45,388 nucleotides of DNA from Bacteroidales bacterium (GTDB lineage Bacteria; Bacteroidota; Bacteroidia; Bacteroidales; WCHB1-69), in the NCBI GenBank assembly GCA_016282395.1, contig JAEEKL010000150.1:1-45388 (forward strand), given 5' to 3'. This document shows positions 1 to 8,800 of the stretch, piece after piece. The position numbers were made by a program, and so were the translations under genes. The notes under the pieces are model-generated. The model did not search any database, was not told where the DNA came from, and saw nothing but the letters and a program-made list of their open reading frames with translations. Every line of letters begins with the position of its first letter. Within the stretch, counting starts at the first letter, position 1.

Positions 1-823
1 AAAGACCCTCGGCGACTTTGCCAACACCGTGCTTCTCGACAACGTGAAAACCGTGACGGTGGAGCGCGACGGCGAGGAAGTGGTCATCAACATCCCGAAA
101 GACCTGCCAAGAAAGGTAGTTGGCGCAGGCAGCACATCGCTCTTCTGCAACTACCGCATCCCGTTCGTCATCGACAGCGTTTTGGCAGGCACACCGGCAG
201 AAAAAGCCGGATTGATGAAGGGCGACTCGCTCGTCGGCATCAACGACTCCGCGATGTTCTGCTTCTTTGACTTCAAAAACGTCTTCAACGAGAACAAGAA
301 TAACGAATTGCAAATCGACTACATGCGCGGCGACAGTCTCTGTCACGCCATGGTGACGCTCGATTCCATAGGCAATATTGGGGTGGCCTACCGCCAACCC
401 GCCGATTTCTTCGATGTAGTGCATGTCGATTACAGTTTCTGGCAGTCCATCCCGACCGGCATCTCTCAGGGATTCAGCACGTTGGGCAACTATGTCAAGC
501 AATTCAAGATCGTGTTCACGAAGGAGGGTGCCACGCAGTTGGGCAGCTTCCTGACCATCGGCAGCATCTTCCCGAAAGTGTGGGACTGGTACCGTTTCTG
601 GAGCATGACCGCCCTGCTCGGCATCATCCTCGCCTTCATGAACATCATCCCGATTCCGGGTCTCGACGGCGGCTACATCCTCTTCATCCTCGTGGAGATG
701 ATCACCGGCAAGAAGCCCTCCGACAAGTTCCTCAGCGTCGCCAACACCATCGGCTTCGTGCTGCTCATCGCGCTGATGGTCTATGCGTTGGGATTGGATT
801 TCCGACGGTTCATCTTCAAATAA
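1..823 (+). CDS. rseP: RIP site-2 zinc metalloprotease RseP, C-terminal part (5' end outside window; reading frame starts at position 2)
   Basis: The ORF is open to the window edge. It has a PDZ-like segment 'AGTPAEKAGLMKGDSLVGIND' and a C-terminal membrane motif 'NIIPIPGLDGGYILF', both typical of RseP/S2P. Confidence 0.85.
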   Translation, partial: KTLGDFANTVLLDNVKTVTVERDGEEVVINIPKDLPRKVVGAGSTSLFCNYRIPFVIDSVLAGTPAEKAGLMKGDSLVGINDSAMFCFFDFKNVFNENKNNELQIDYMRGDSLCHAMVTLDSIGNIGVAYRQPADFFDVVHVDYSFWQSIPTGISQGFSTLGNYVKQFKIVFTKEGATQLGSFLTIGSIFPKVWDWYRFWSMTALLGIILAFMNIIPIPGLDGGYILFILVEMITGKKPSDKFLSVANTIGFVLLIALMVYALGLDFRRFIFK

Positions 824-872
824 TGTAGAATGAAGAATGTAAAATGTAGAATAATTCTGAATGATGAATTCT

Positions 873-905
873 GAATGTTGAATGTTGAATGTTGAATAAT
901 GAATG
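873..905. repeat. AT-rich heptamer tandem repeat (gaatgtt x3, then gaataat, gaatg), part of a low-complexity tract starting just after the rseP stop
   Basis: Read directly from the sequence: gaatgtt gaatgtt gaatgtt gaataat gaatg. Confidence 0.7.
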
Positions 906-1014
906 GGTCGAAGGACCATTCCCCCCTTTAGGGGGGATGCCCGAAGGGCAGGGGGGTAAGGGGCAAGACGCGCGAAGCGCTAATAACCCCACATAAGCGA
1001 AGCGCAGTGTGGGG
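906..1014. repeat. GC-rich cluster of short hairpins, a REP-like intergenic element
   Basis: Hairpins seen: ggtc-gaag-gacc (906-917), cccccc-ttta-gggggg (921-936), gccc-gaa-gggc (939-949), gcgc-gaa-gcgc (970-980), and ccccaca...tgtgggg (987-1014). The string 'gcgaagc' occurs at 972-978 and 997-1003. A related motif recurs at 5713-5780. Confidence 0.55.
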
Positions 1015-1017
1015 CCA

Positions 1018-1038
1018 GTAAACCGTAAACCGCAAACC
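1018..1038. repeat. Heptamer tandem repeat gtaaacc/gtaaacc/gcaaacc abutting the nadA start codon
   Basis: Read directly. The repeat ends 2 nt before ATG 1041. Confidence 0.7.
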
Positions 1039-1040
1039 GA

Positions 1041-1961
<921 letters not shown>

Positions 1962-2088
1962 TTTGAATCAAAAATTATCTCATTGAATAACGACTGTCCT
2001 CTTTCTCTATGCTGTAGCATTGAGAACAGAACATTGAAATAATACTGGTTTTTAATCATACATATTAAACATACAATTGAAAAAATCG

Positions 2089-2096
2089 TACTTTTG
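2089..2096 (+). promoter_or_regulatory. Bacteroidetes sigma-A -7 box (TAnnTTTG: TActTTTG) upstream of hpt
   Basis: Exact TAnnTTTG match 22 nt upstream of ATG 2118. Confidence 0.45.
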
Positions 2097-2117
2097 CACG
2101 TGCAAAAAAAAGTGGAT

Positions 2118-2654
2118 ATGAGTGAAAAAGTGACCTTTTTGGACAAGACTTTTGTCAAATACATCCCCTCAAACGAAATCGACGATGCCATCGCGCGGGT
2201 GGCCTCGGACATCATGCTGGAATACCGCTATGACGACCCGATTATGCTAATCACCCTCAACGGTGCCATCGTTTTTGCCGTCGATCTGCTGAAACGGCTC
2301 GATTTCCCTTGTCGCATCACCTGCGTGAAACTCGCCTCCTACAACGGCACCGAGAGTTCCGGCACAATCAACCAGCTTATCGGTCTCAACGAGGACATTC
2401 GCGGCAAACGCATCCTCATCCTCGAAGACATTGTCGATACCGGCGCCACCTATATCCACCTGTACAAAATGCTGACGGAGGCTGGGGCCAAGGATGTCCG
2501 CATCGCCACCATGACCATGAAGCCTGACGCATACAAAGGAGAACTGCCCGTCCACTACGTCGGCATAAAAATCCCCAACAAGTTCGTTATCGGCCGAGGC
2601 CTCGACTACGACGGATACGGACGCAACCTCCCTGACATTTACCAAGTGGTTTAG
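2118..2654 (+). CDS. hpt: Hypoxanthine(-guanine) phosphoribosyltransferase
   Basis: PRPP-binding motif 'RILILEDIVDTGAT'. I moved the start to ATG 2118 (MSEKV...) because the longer ORF start at 2094 overlaps the putative -7 box. Confidence 0.9.
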   Translation: MSEKVTFLDKTFVKYIPSNEIDDAIARVASDIMLEYRYDDPIMLITLNGAIVFAVDLLKRLDFPCRITCVKLASYNGTESSGTINQLIGLNEDIRGKRILILEDIVDTGATYIHLYKMLTEAGAKDVRIATMTMKPDAYKGELPVHYVGIKIPNKFVIGRGLDYDGYGRNLPDIYQVV

Positions 2655-2667
2655 ACAATGTTTTTCG

Positions 2668-2693
2668 TAGAGACGCAAAATTTTGCGTCTCTA
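2668..2693. repeat. Perfect 26-bp palindrome tagagacgcaaaattttgcgtctcta (dispersed Bacteroidales-type palindromic element, copy 1)
   Basis: Perfect self-complementarity, read directly. It lies 14 nt after the hpt stop. On the minus strand it translates as '...ETQNFASL...', as seen in the spurious ORF 2587..2901. Confidence 0.85.
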
Positions 2694-2764
2694 GAAACGG
2701 CATAAAACATAAAAACACCCATAATACGCCAACATTCAATAGACCAAGTAATAAAACGAACAAT

Positions 2765-4906
2765 ATGAAAAAAGTTCTATTCTTTTTCATCACCGCCATA
2801 CTTCTGTGCATAACATCAGCGTTAAAGGCGCAAAACACCACCATCCAAATCGGTGCGGGCAATGACACCATCGAAAACCTACCCACGAACACGTTTAACA
2901 CTAACAGTCTATCCCAGCAGATTTACACCGCAACGGAAATCGGACAGTCAGGCACCATCTACAGCATCGCTTTCTACAACATCAGTCCAAATGTCACACG
3001 CAATATGGACTTGTATCTGGCACACACCAACAAAACAGCCTTCAGCAGCGACAACGACTGGTCGGCAGTCGCTACCGGCGATCTCGTTTTTAGTGGATAT
3101 GTCACTTTTGTGCAGAATCAGTGGAGCATTGTGGAGTTCACCACACCGTTTGCTTATAACGGCACTGACAATCTTCTGGTTGTAGTGGATGACAATTCCG
3201 AAGGCTGGGTAGCAGACAGACACTTCCTTGTTTTTAATGCCACAGGCCAAGCCATATTCGACAACAGTGACGATACAAACTACGACCCCACCAACCCAAG
3301 CGGATATGAGGGTACTGTCTCAAATGTAAAGAACCAGATCCAGCTGAACTTCGCCCCTTCACCATGTCCCGCACCCACATCGTTAACTGTCTCCAACATA
3401 GAACCGACTTCTGTCACATTGAGCTGGACGGAAAATGGCAGTGCCACCGCATGGGACATCTGCCTTAATGGAAATGAGAACAACATCATCACCGTATATA
3501 CGAACCCCTACGTGCTTACCAATCTGACCCCAGGCATGCCCTACAGCGTGTCAGTGCGCGCTAATTGCGGCGACGGCGTCAGTGTCTGGGCCATGGAGAA
3601 TTTCCTCACCTCAACCTGTAGTTCCCCCAGCAATTTGTACGCCTCCAATATCAGCCAGACATCCGTCACGTTGAACTGGATAGAGAACGGCAGCGCCACC
3701 GCTTGGGATATCAGACTTAACGACAACGAGGACAGCATCATCACCATCTATACGAACCCTTACGTGCTCACTGGTCTGACCCCCAACACGCAATACAACG
3801 TGTCGGTGCGCGCCAACTGCGGCGACAGCAATAATGTGAGCTATTGGACCGATGCTATATTCACCACCGTCAGCGATTACCAAATCCAATCCACCGCCAA
3901 TTGGTACGGCTATGCTATCAACAGTTTCTTGGACAACGGCGAATATGCCCACAACGATTGGGAAAAAGAATTCATCAGTTTCTCCATGCAGAATCTCGCC
4001 TCCGTAACGGCCATAACGGACATGAACCTTTCGTCACCTTACACATACTCAGCCACATACGTCAATGGTTCTGTTTGGTGCATCACATGCCAAGAGGGGC
4101 ATTTGTGCAGAGCTTCCATTCATAACAATTCCCATACCATTTCTGATTTTGAAATAGTATTCCCATATTTCGATGAAGGCAGCAAAATCGAATCCATGTC
4201 ATATAATCCTGTTGACGGCAGATTTTATTACATCTTCAATGGACGTTACCTGAAAAGTTTCCATCCAGACCAGCCCGAAAATGTCATTGAAGTCGGCTTG
4301 ATTGGTTTTGATGCTAAGACTCTTGCCATCAACAATATAGGAGAGGCATACATCATACAAAACACAACAGGCGACCTATATCAACTGAATTTGAACGATG
4401 CTTCCGTCACCCTGATTGGAAGTACGGGTCTCCCCGCACAGCATGTGCAGAGCATGACCTTCGACCAGAATACTGGCGAGTTATTCTGGGCGCAATATTA
4501 CTCCAGATTTTCAAGCCACGGTCTCTATCTTGTGGATCCTGCCACCGCCGAAACACAATTCCTCGGCAGAATAAACGGGGACGGCTGCCAACTCGCATGC
4601 TTCTTCATGGTTGATACCAGCCATCACGATGGTGTTCAGATCTTACCCGAAAACAGCATCGTTCTCTACCCGAATCCGGCGAAAGAGATTGTCAATGTAG
4701 AATATACAATGTATAAACATATGGATAACGAAACGGTTGAGGTCATTGATGTCTATGGAAAGGTTGTCCGCACCGCTGTAGAAACGAATAATCATTTGCC
4801 CCTACAGACGGCACAAATCAACGTTTCCAATCTCTCCGACGGCCTCTATTTTGTCCGTGTGACCACATCCACGGGCCAGATAACCAAACCCTTTATCAAA
4901 CAATAA
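2765..4906 (+). CDS. Secreted T9SS cargo protein with an N-terminal beta-sandwich region, two FN3-like repeats, a propeller-like region and a T9SS C-terminal sorting domain
   Basis: Signal peptide 'MKKVLFFFITAILLCITSALKAQ'. Duplicated ~84-aa module 'SVTL.W.ENGSATAWDI.LN....IIT.YTNPYVLT.LTP...Y.VSVRANCGD'. C-terminus 'VLYPNPAKEIVNVEY...LSDGLYFVRVTTSTGQITKPFIKQ' is typical of a T9SS CTD. Confidence 0.8.
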   Translation: MKKVLFFFITAILLCITSALKAQNTTIQIGAGNDTIENLPTNTFNTNSLSQQIYTATEIGQSGTIYSIAFYNISPNVTRNMDLYLAHTNKTAFSSDNDWSAVATGDLVFSGYVTFVQNQWSIVEFTTPFAYNGTDNLLVVVDDNSEGWVADRHFLVFNATGQAIFDNSDDTNYDPTNPSGYEGTVSNVKNQIQLNFAPSPCPAPTSLTVSNIEPTSVTLSWTENGSATAWDICLNGNENNIITVYTNPYVLTNLTPGMPYSVSVRANCGDGVSVWAMENFLTSTCSSPSNLYASNISQTSVTLNWIENGSATAWDIRLNDNEDSIITIYTNPYVLTGLTPNTQYNVSVRANCGDSNNVSYWTDAIFTTVSDYQIQSTANWYGYAINSFLDNGEYAHNDWEKEFISFSMQNLASVTAITDMNLSSPYTYSATYVNGSVWCITCQEGHLCRASIHNNSHTISDFEIVFPYFDEGSKIESMSYNPVDGRFYYIFNGRYLKSFHPDQPENVIEVGLIGFDAKTLAINNIGEAYIIQNTTGDLYQLNLNDASVTLIGSTGLPAQHVQSMTFDQNTGELFWAQYYSRFSSHGLYLVDPATAETQFLGRINGDGCQLACFFMVDTSHHDGVQILPENSIVLYPNPAKEIVNVEYTMYKHMDNETVEVIDVYGKVVRTAVETNNHLPLQTAQINVSNLSDGLYFVRVTTSTGQITKPFIKQ
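3362..3868 (+). repeat. Intragenic tandem duplication (period 252 nt / 84 aa) encoding two FN3-like modules
   Basis: The two modules start at Cys codons 3365 and 3617. They are clearly alignable at both nucleotide and protein level. Confidence 0.75.
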
Positions 4907-4911
4907 TTCAA

Positions 4912-5028
4912 AAAAGGGCTGAAAGCCCGACCTATGCTAACCTAGGGTGAACGAAGTGAGCCCTAGGATTCCAAAAGGGCTGAAAGCCCGACACGTGTCA
5001 ACCTAGGGTGAACGAAGTGAGCCCTAGG
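4912..5028. repeat. Two direct copies of a 56-bp element (4912-4967 and 4973-5028), each with two hairpins
   Basis: The copies are identical except for an 8-nt central segment (ctatgcta vs acgtgtca). Hairpins in each copy: gggc-tgaaa-gccc and cctaggg-N13-ccctagg. Confidence 0.85.
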
Positions 5029-5059
5029 AAAATAAAGAAACATCAAAATACCCTACAAT

Positions 5060-5629
5060 ATGATCAACATCGTCATGTTCGGTGCCCCCGGCAGCGGGAA
5101 AGGCACCCAGGCTAAACAGATGGCCGAAAAATTCCAACTTGAACACGTCTCCACCGGCGACCTGTTCCGTTACGAGATCTCCCACAAGACCCCGCTGGGG
5201 CTGAAGGCGCAGGAAATCATCAACCGCGGCGACCTCTGTCCCGACGACATCACTCTCGGGATGCTCCGCAACCACATCGAGAAACACGCTGACACCAAGG
5301 GATTTATCTTCGACGGCGTGCCGCGCACCATCAAACAGGCCGAGATGCTCGACGACAAGAGCTTCTTCACCAACCTCGACATCACCAAGGTCATTTACCT
5401 GAAAGTGGAGATGGAGGAGGTCCAAAAACGCATCCTCAAACGCGCCGAAATCGAGCAACGCGCCGACGACACCCCCGCCACCGTCAAGGCCCGCGTCGAA
5501 AACTTCTTCGCCCAGACCATGCCGCTCGTGGAATACTACCAAAAACAAGGCAAATTGGTGGAAATCAACGGAATGCAGGACATTGAGCACGTGTTTGCGG
5601 ATATTTGCAAGGTGGTGGAGACGCTGTGA
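5060..5629 (+). CDS. adk: Adenylate kinase
   Basis: P-loop 'MFGAPGSGKGTQ', 'VSTGDLFR', 189 aa. Confidence 0.95.
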   Translation: MINIVMFGAPGSGKGTQAKQMAEKFQLEHVSTGDLFRYEISHKTPLGLKAQEIINRGDLCPDDITLGMLRNHIEKHADTKGFIFDGVPRTIKQAEMLDDKSFFTNLDITKVIYLKVEMEEVQKRILKRAEIEQRADDTPATVKARVENFFAQTMPLVEYYQKQGKLVEINGMQDIEHVFADICKVVETL

Positions 5630-5670
5630 CAGTTAGCAGTTAGCAGTTAGTAGTTAGCAGTTAGCAGTTG
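5630..5670. repeat. Heptamer tandem repeat (cagttag x5 with one tagttag variant, plus a final truncated unit cagttg) starting on the nucleotide after the adk stop codon
   Basis: Read directly: cagttag cagttag cagttag tagttag cagttag cagttg. Confidence 0.85.
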
Positions 5671-5712
5671 TAACGAAACGCCAACATATTATTAAACTAC
5701 TTCCTTAAGCAG

Positions 5713-5780
5713 CCCCGTTAGGGGCAAGAGCTTGGTAGCCAGGGGTAAGGCGCGAGGAACGAGCGCCGCCACCTCTGGTT
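5713..5780. repeat. GC-rich hairpin element related to 906-1014
   Basis: Hairpins cccc-gtta-gggg (5713-5724) and ggcgc-N9-gcgcc (5749-5767). It shares the strings 'aggggcaaga' and 'ggggtaagg' with the 906-1014 element. Confidence 0.5.
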
Positions 5781-5820
5781 AGTAAAAAAAAGAGCGTCCT
5801 CCGGTTAAAGATGAAATATT

Positions 5821-7005
5821 ATGAATAACAATTATAATCAACAAGAACAACCCCATCCCCGTCGCATCGCCGTTCTCGGCTCGACGGGCTCCATGGGCAC
5901 GCAAGCGTTGGAGGTCATCGCGCTCCATCCCGATGTGCTGCAGTTGGAAATCATCGCCGCAAACTCCAGCGCGGATCTGCTAATCGAGCAAGCGAAGAAG
6001 TACCATCCCAACATGGTGGTGGTGGTGCAGGAAGAGGCATACCGCAAGGTGAAAGAGGCTCTGGCTGACGAGGACGTGAAGGTCTTCTGCGGCGAGGAGT
6101 CGTTGTGCGACGTGTGCGAGATGGACTGCGTGGATATGGTGTTGTCTTGCATCGTGGGCATCGCGGGGCTCAAGCCAGCGTTCCGCACCGTATCATGCGG
6201 CACCCCGTTGGCCATTGCCAACAAGGAAACCCTCGTGGTGGCAGGCGAACTCATCATGCGCACCGCCAAAGAGCACAACACGCCCGTATTGCCTGTGGAT
6301 TCAGAGCATTCGGCGATTTTCCAATGCCTCGCGGGCGAGCAGTACAACCCCGTAGAGAAGCTGATCATCACGGCTTCCGGCGGCGCATTCCGGGGCTATA
6401 CCAAAGAGCAACTGGAAACGGTCACCCTGCAGAGCGCCCTCAAGCACCCCAACTGGAGCATGGGCCCGAAAGTGACCATTGACAGTGCATCGCTGATGAA
6501 CAAGGGCTTGGAGGTCATCGAAGCCAAATGGCTGTTCAACATGCCTTTGGAGAAGATTGACGTGGTGGTTCACCCGCAGTCGGTCATCCACTCCATGGTG
6601 CAGTTCGAGGACGGCTCCGTGAAGGCGCAACTCGGCGTTCCCGACATGCGGTTGCCCATACAATACGCACTCTCCTACCCGCTCAGATTACCGTTGCCAT
6701 ACGACCGGCTCGACTTCGCCAAATATTCCAAACTAACCTTCGAAAAACCTGACAGAGAAGTGTTTCCATGTTTGAATATGGCCTATAAAGCATCGGCTGC
6801 CGGAGGTGGAATGCCCTGCGTGATGAACGCCGCCAACGAGGTGGCCGTCAAGATGTTCATGCAGGAGAAAATCAAGTTCACGGACATTCCGCGCATCATT
6901 GAAAACGCCCTCGCCAATGCCCCAGCCATACATCCTCATACAATTGAAGATTACATAACTTTAGATTCGGAGACAAGAGAAAAACTAACTTCCGCCATTC
7001 GATAA
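5821..7005 (+). CDS. dxr: 1-deoxy-D-xylulose-5-phosphate reductoisomerase
   Basis: 'RIAVLGSTGSMGTQALEV' NADPH-binding N-terminus, 'LPVDSEHSAIFQCL', 'NKGLEVIEA'. Confidence 0.95.
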   Translation: MNNNYNQQEQPHPRRIAVLGSTGSMGTQALEVIALHPDVLQLEIIAANSSADLLIEQAKKYHPNMVVVVQEEAYRKVKEALADEDVKVFCGEESLCDVCEMDCVDMVLSCIVGIAGLKPAFRTVSCGTPLAIANKETLVVAGELIMRTAKEHNTPVLPVDSEHSAIFQCLAGEQYNPVEKLIITASGGAFRGYTKEQLETVTLQSALKHPNWSMGPKVTIDSASLMNKGLEVIEAKWLFNMPLEKIDVVVHPQSVIHSMVQFEDGSVKAQLGVPDMRLPIQYALSYPLRLPLPYDRLDFAKYSKLTFEKPDREVFPCLNMAYKASAAGGGMPCVMNAANEVAVKMFMQEKIKFTDIPRIIENALANAPAIHPHTIEDYITLDSETREKLTSAIR

Positions 7006-7058
7006 TCAAAAAAAATGTCCGAGCAAGAGTTTCCAAAACCGCCTCGGCCTGCATATTG

Positions 7059-8696
7059 TCACATCCGAATCTTCTTGAACATCCTGTTCCAACGGATTTT
7101 ACCCTTGTCGCTCCAAGTCTTGAACTTGTCCAACGAGAGCCACACGATGGAGGCTTTGCCCACGATATGGTCTTCCGGCACGAAGCCCCAGAAACGGGAG
7201 TCAGCGGAGTTGTGGCGGTTGTCACCCATCATGAAGTAGTAGTCCATCGCAAAGGTGTAGGCGGTGGCCTCCTGACCGTCAATCAGGATTTTGCCGTCCT
7301 TCACCTGCAAATCGTGACCTTCGTAATTGTGGATGATTTTCTCGTAAAGAGCGATGTTCTCGGGCGAAATCTGCACGGTAGCGCCCTTTTGCGGAATCGT
7401 GAGCGGGCCGAAAAAGTCCTTGTTCCACTTGTAGTTGCTGTCGTGCGGGAAAATGTCAGGACTAAAGACACCCTCTTCCTCCTCCAAAATCTGCACTTCA
7501 AAACCTTTCTTCTTGATAATGATCTGCTGCTCGCCATTCAGCATCGCCACATAACGGTTGACATCCACCTGTTGCATATCTTCTTCATTGATATTCAGAT
7601 TCTTGCGTTCCTTTTTAGAAAGTTGCAGACCTGTAGGATGAGAAATCAGGCAGGCATATTGGATACGGTCGGGATTGACAGCCTTCTCACCGTTGATATA
7701 AACCTGTTTGTCAACAATTTGCAACTTGTCTCCAGGGGTACCGATGCAACGTTTCACATAGTTTTCGCGTTTATCAACAGGACGGGCAATCACCTTGTAC
7801 TCGCTCCAGACCACTTCCCTACCCTTCCCGGGCACATACGCACCGGGATATTTCATCCGTAATTGTTGAATGTATTCGGGTGAGTACCGACGGAACACGT
7901 TGTTTTTCTCCGCTATGCTCGCATTCGGGTTAAGCATCGCCTCGTATTCTCGAACAATGGCGTAGTAACTTTCCGCCTGCCTTTCTACCACGACCGTGTC
8001 GCCGTCAGGATAGTTAAAGACCACCACATCGTTGCGTTTTATCGGTTTCAACGCCTTGGAACGCATGTAAGGCAGCTTGATGATTTCCGAATAGGATTTC
8101 ACCTCGGTCTTAGGCAGTTTGTTGTGGATAAACGGAATAGCTAACGGGGTTTGCGGTGCGCGGACACCATACGCAACCTTGCTCACGGAAAGGAAGTCGC
8201 CAATCATTAAGGAACTCTCCATGGAGGAAGTCGGGATGGTGTAGAGCTCGAACCAGCAGGAGCGGATGATGTAGGCAGCGGCCACCGCGAAAATCAGCGC
8301 ATCTCCCCAGGAACGAGCCGAGGTTTTCTTCGGACGCTCCAAATTCTCCGGCGTGACATACTGCTCCTTCGGCGAGAATCCCAGATACGGCAGGTAAAAC
8401 GGGAAGAAAAGCGTGCCGAAAATCAGCGGCAAGTAGCTGTATTTGTTGAATTGCCGGATGGTCTCCCAAATCATGTAGAAGAACATGAAAAAGCCGAGAT
8501 ACGGAATCAGGAACAGCAGCATCCACCACCATTTACGTCCGATGACCACCTTGATCCACAACCAGATGTTGTAGAACGGAATCAGCGACAGCCACGGCTT
8601 CAAGCCTGCTTTCTTGAAAATGCCCCACATCCCGGCTTGCCAGCCGAGAAAAGAGATGATGAGGATGATGATTAATGCGGTTTTTGATATGAACAT
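7059..8696 (-). CDS. lepB: Signal peptidase I (S26) with an extended N-terminal multi-TM domain
   Basis: Catalytic Ser box '[10 protein letters not shown]', Lys box 'YVKRCIG', and '[17 protein letters not shown]'. Confidence 0.9.
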   Translation of the reverse strand: MFISKTALIIILIISFLGWQAGMWGIFKKAGLKPWLSLIPFYNIWLWIKVVIGRKWWWMLLFLIPYLGFFMFFYMIWETIRQFNKYSYLPLIFGTLFFPFYLPYLGFSPKEQYVTPENLERPKKTSARSWGDALIFAVAAAYIIRSCWFELYTIPTSSMESSLMIGDFLSVSKVAYGVRAPQTPLAIPFIHNKLPKTEVKSYSEIIKLPYMRSKALKPIKRNDVVVFNYPDGDTVVVERQAESYYAIVREYEAMLNPNASIAEKNNVFRRYSPEYIQQLRMKYPGAYVPGKGREVVWSEYKVIARPVDKRENYVKRCIGTPGDKLQIVDKQVYINGEKAVNPDRIQYACLISHPTGLQLSKKERKNLNINEEDMQQVDVNRYVAMLNGEQQIIIKKKGFEVQILEEEEGVFSPDIFPHDSNYKWNKDFFGPLTIPQKGATVQISPENIALYEKIIHNYEGHDLQVKDGKILIDGQEATAYTFAMDYYFMMGDNRHNSADSRFWGFVPEDHIVGKASIVWLSLDKFKTWSDKGKIRWNRMFKKIRM

Positions 8697-8706
8697 CTTT
8701 TTGAAT

Positions 8707-8761
8707 GGTTATTGGTTATGGGTTATTGGTTATTGAAGGTTATTGAAGGTTAGAAGGTTAG
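8707..8761. repeat. Heptamer-based tandem repeat (ggttatt/ggttatg, degenerating to gaaggttatt and gaaggttag) just upstream of the lepB start
   Basis: Read directly. It starts 11 nt from the lepB ATG at 8696. Confidence 0.8.
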
Positions 8762-8772
8762 TGTTAAGGATG

Positions 8773-8800
8773 GTAGGAGCGAATAATTATTCGCCCCTAC
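8773..8800. repeat. Near-perfect 28-bp palindrome gtaggagcgaataattattcgcccctac (palindromic element, copy 2) overlapping the dapB stop codon
   Basis: One mismatch from perfect self-complementarity. The architecture (gtag..cg.a.aatt.t.cg..ctac) matches copies at 2668 and 24066. Minus-strand reading gives the DapB C-terminus 'TRRGE*'. Confidence 0.75.

Noticed and set aside
580-828. Overlapping same-strand ORFs, such as 580..828, 1640..1966 and 6105..6482.
   Set aside because: These are alternative frames inside well-supported genes (rseP, nadA, dxr). Their translations are Arg/His/Pro-rich, typical of off-frame reading of GC3-rich genes.
906-1040. A possible NAD+-responsive riboswitch in the nadA leader.
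   Set aside because: I cannot match it to the nadA-motif or pnuC-motif consensus from memory. The same GC-rich motif family recurs at 5713-5780, next to unrelated genes, so a dispersed repeat is the more economical explanation. I kept it as a low-interest finding only.
7008-7050. An intrinsic terminator between the convergent dxr and lepB genes.
   Set aside because: Only a 5-bp stem (ccgag/ctcgg) with a ~22-nt loop precedes the T8 run on the minus strand. That is too weak to call.
7056-7862. Long antisense ORFs in the six-frame track: 7056..7862(+), 16998..17633(-), 25104..25748(-), 29327..29995(-), 34473..35144(-), 38535..39518(-), 40255..40983(-), 43045..43626(-), and others.
   Set aside because: Each lies wholly opposite a gene with strong family motifs. 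Their translations are low-complexity (rich in R/G/H/V/D) with no recognisable domains, as expected for shadow frames.
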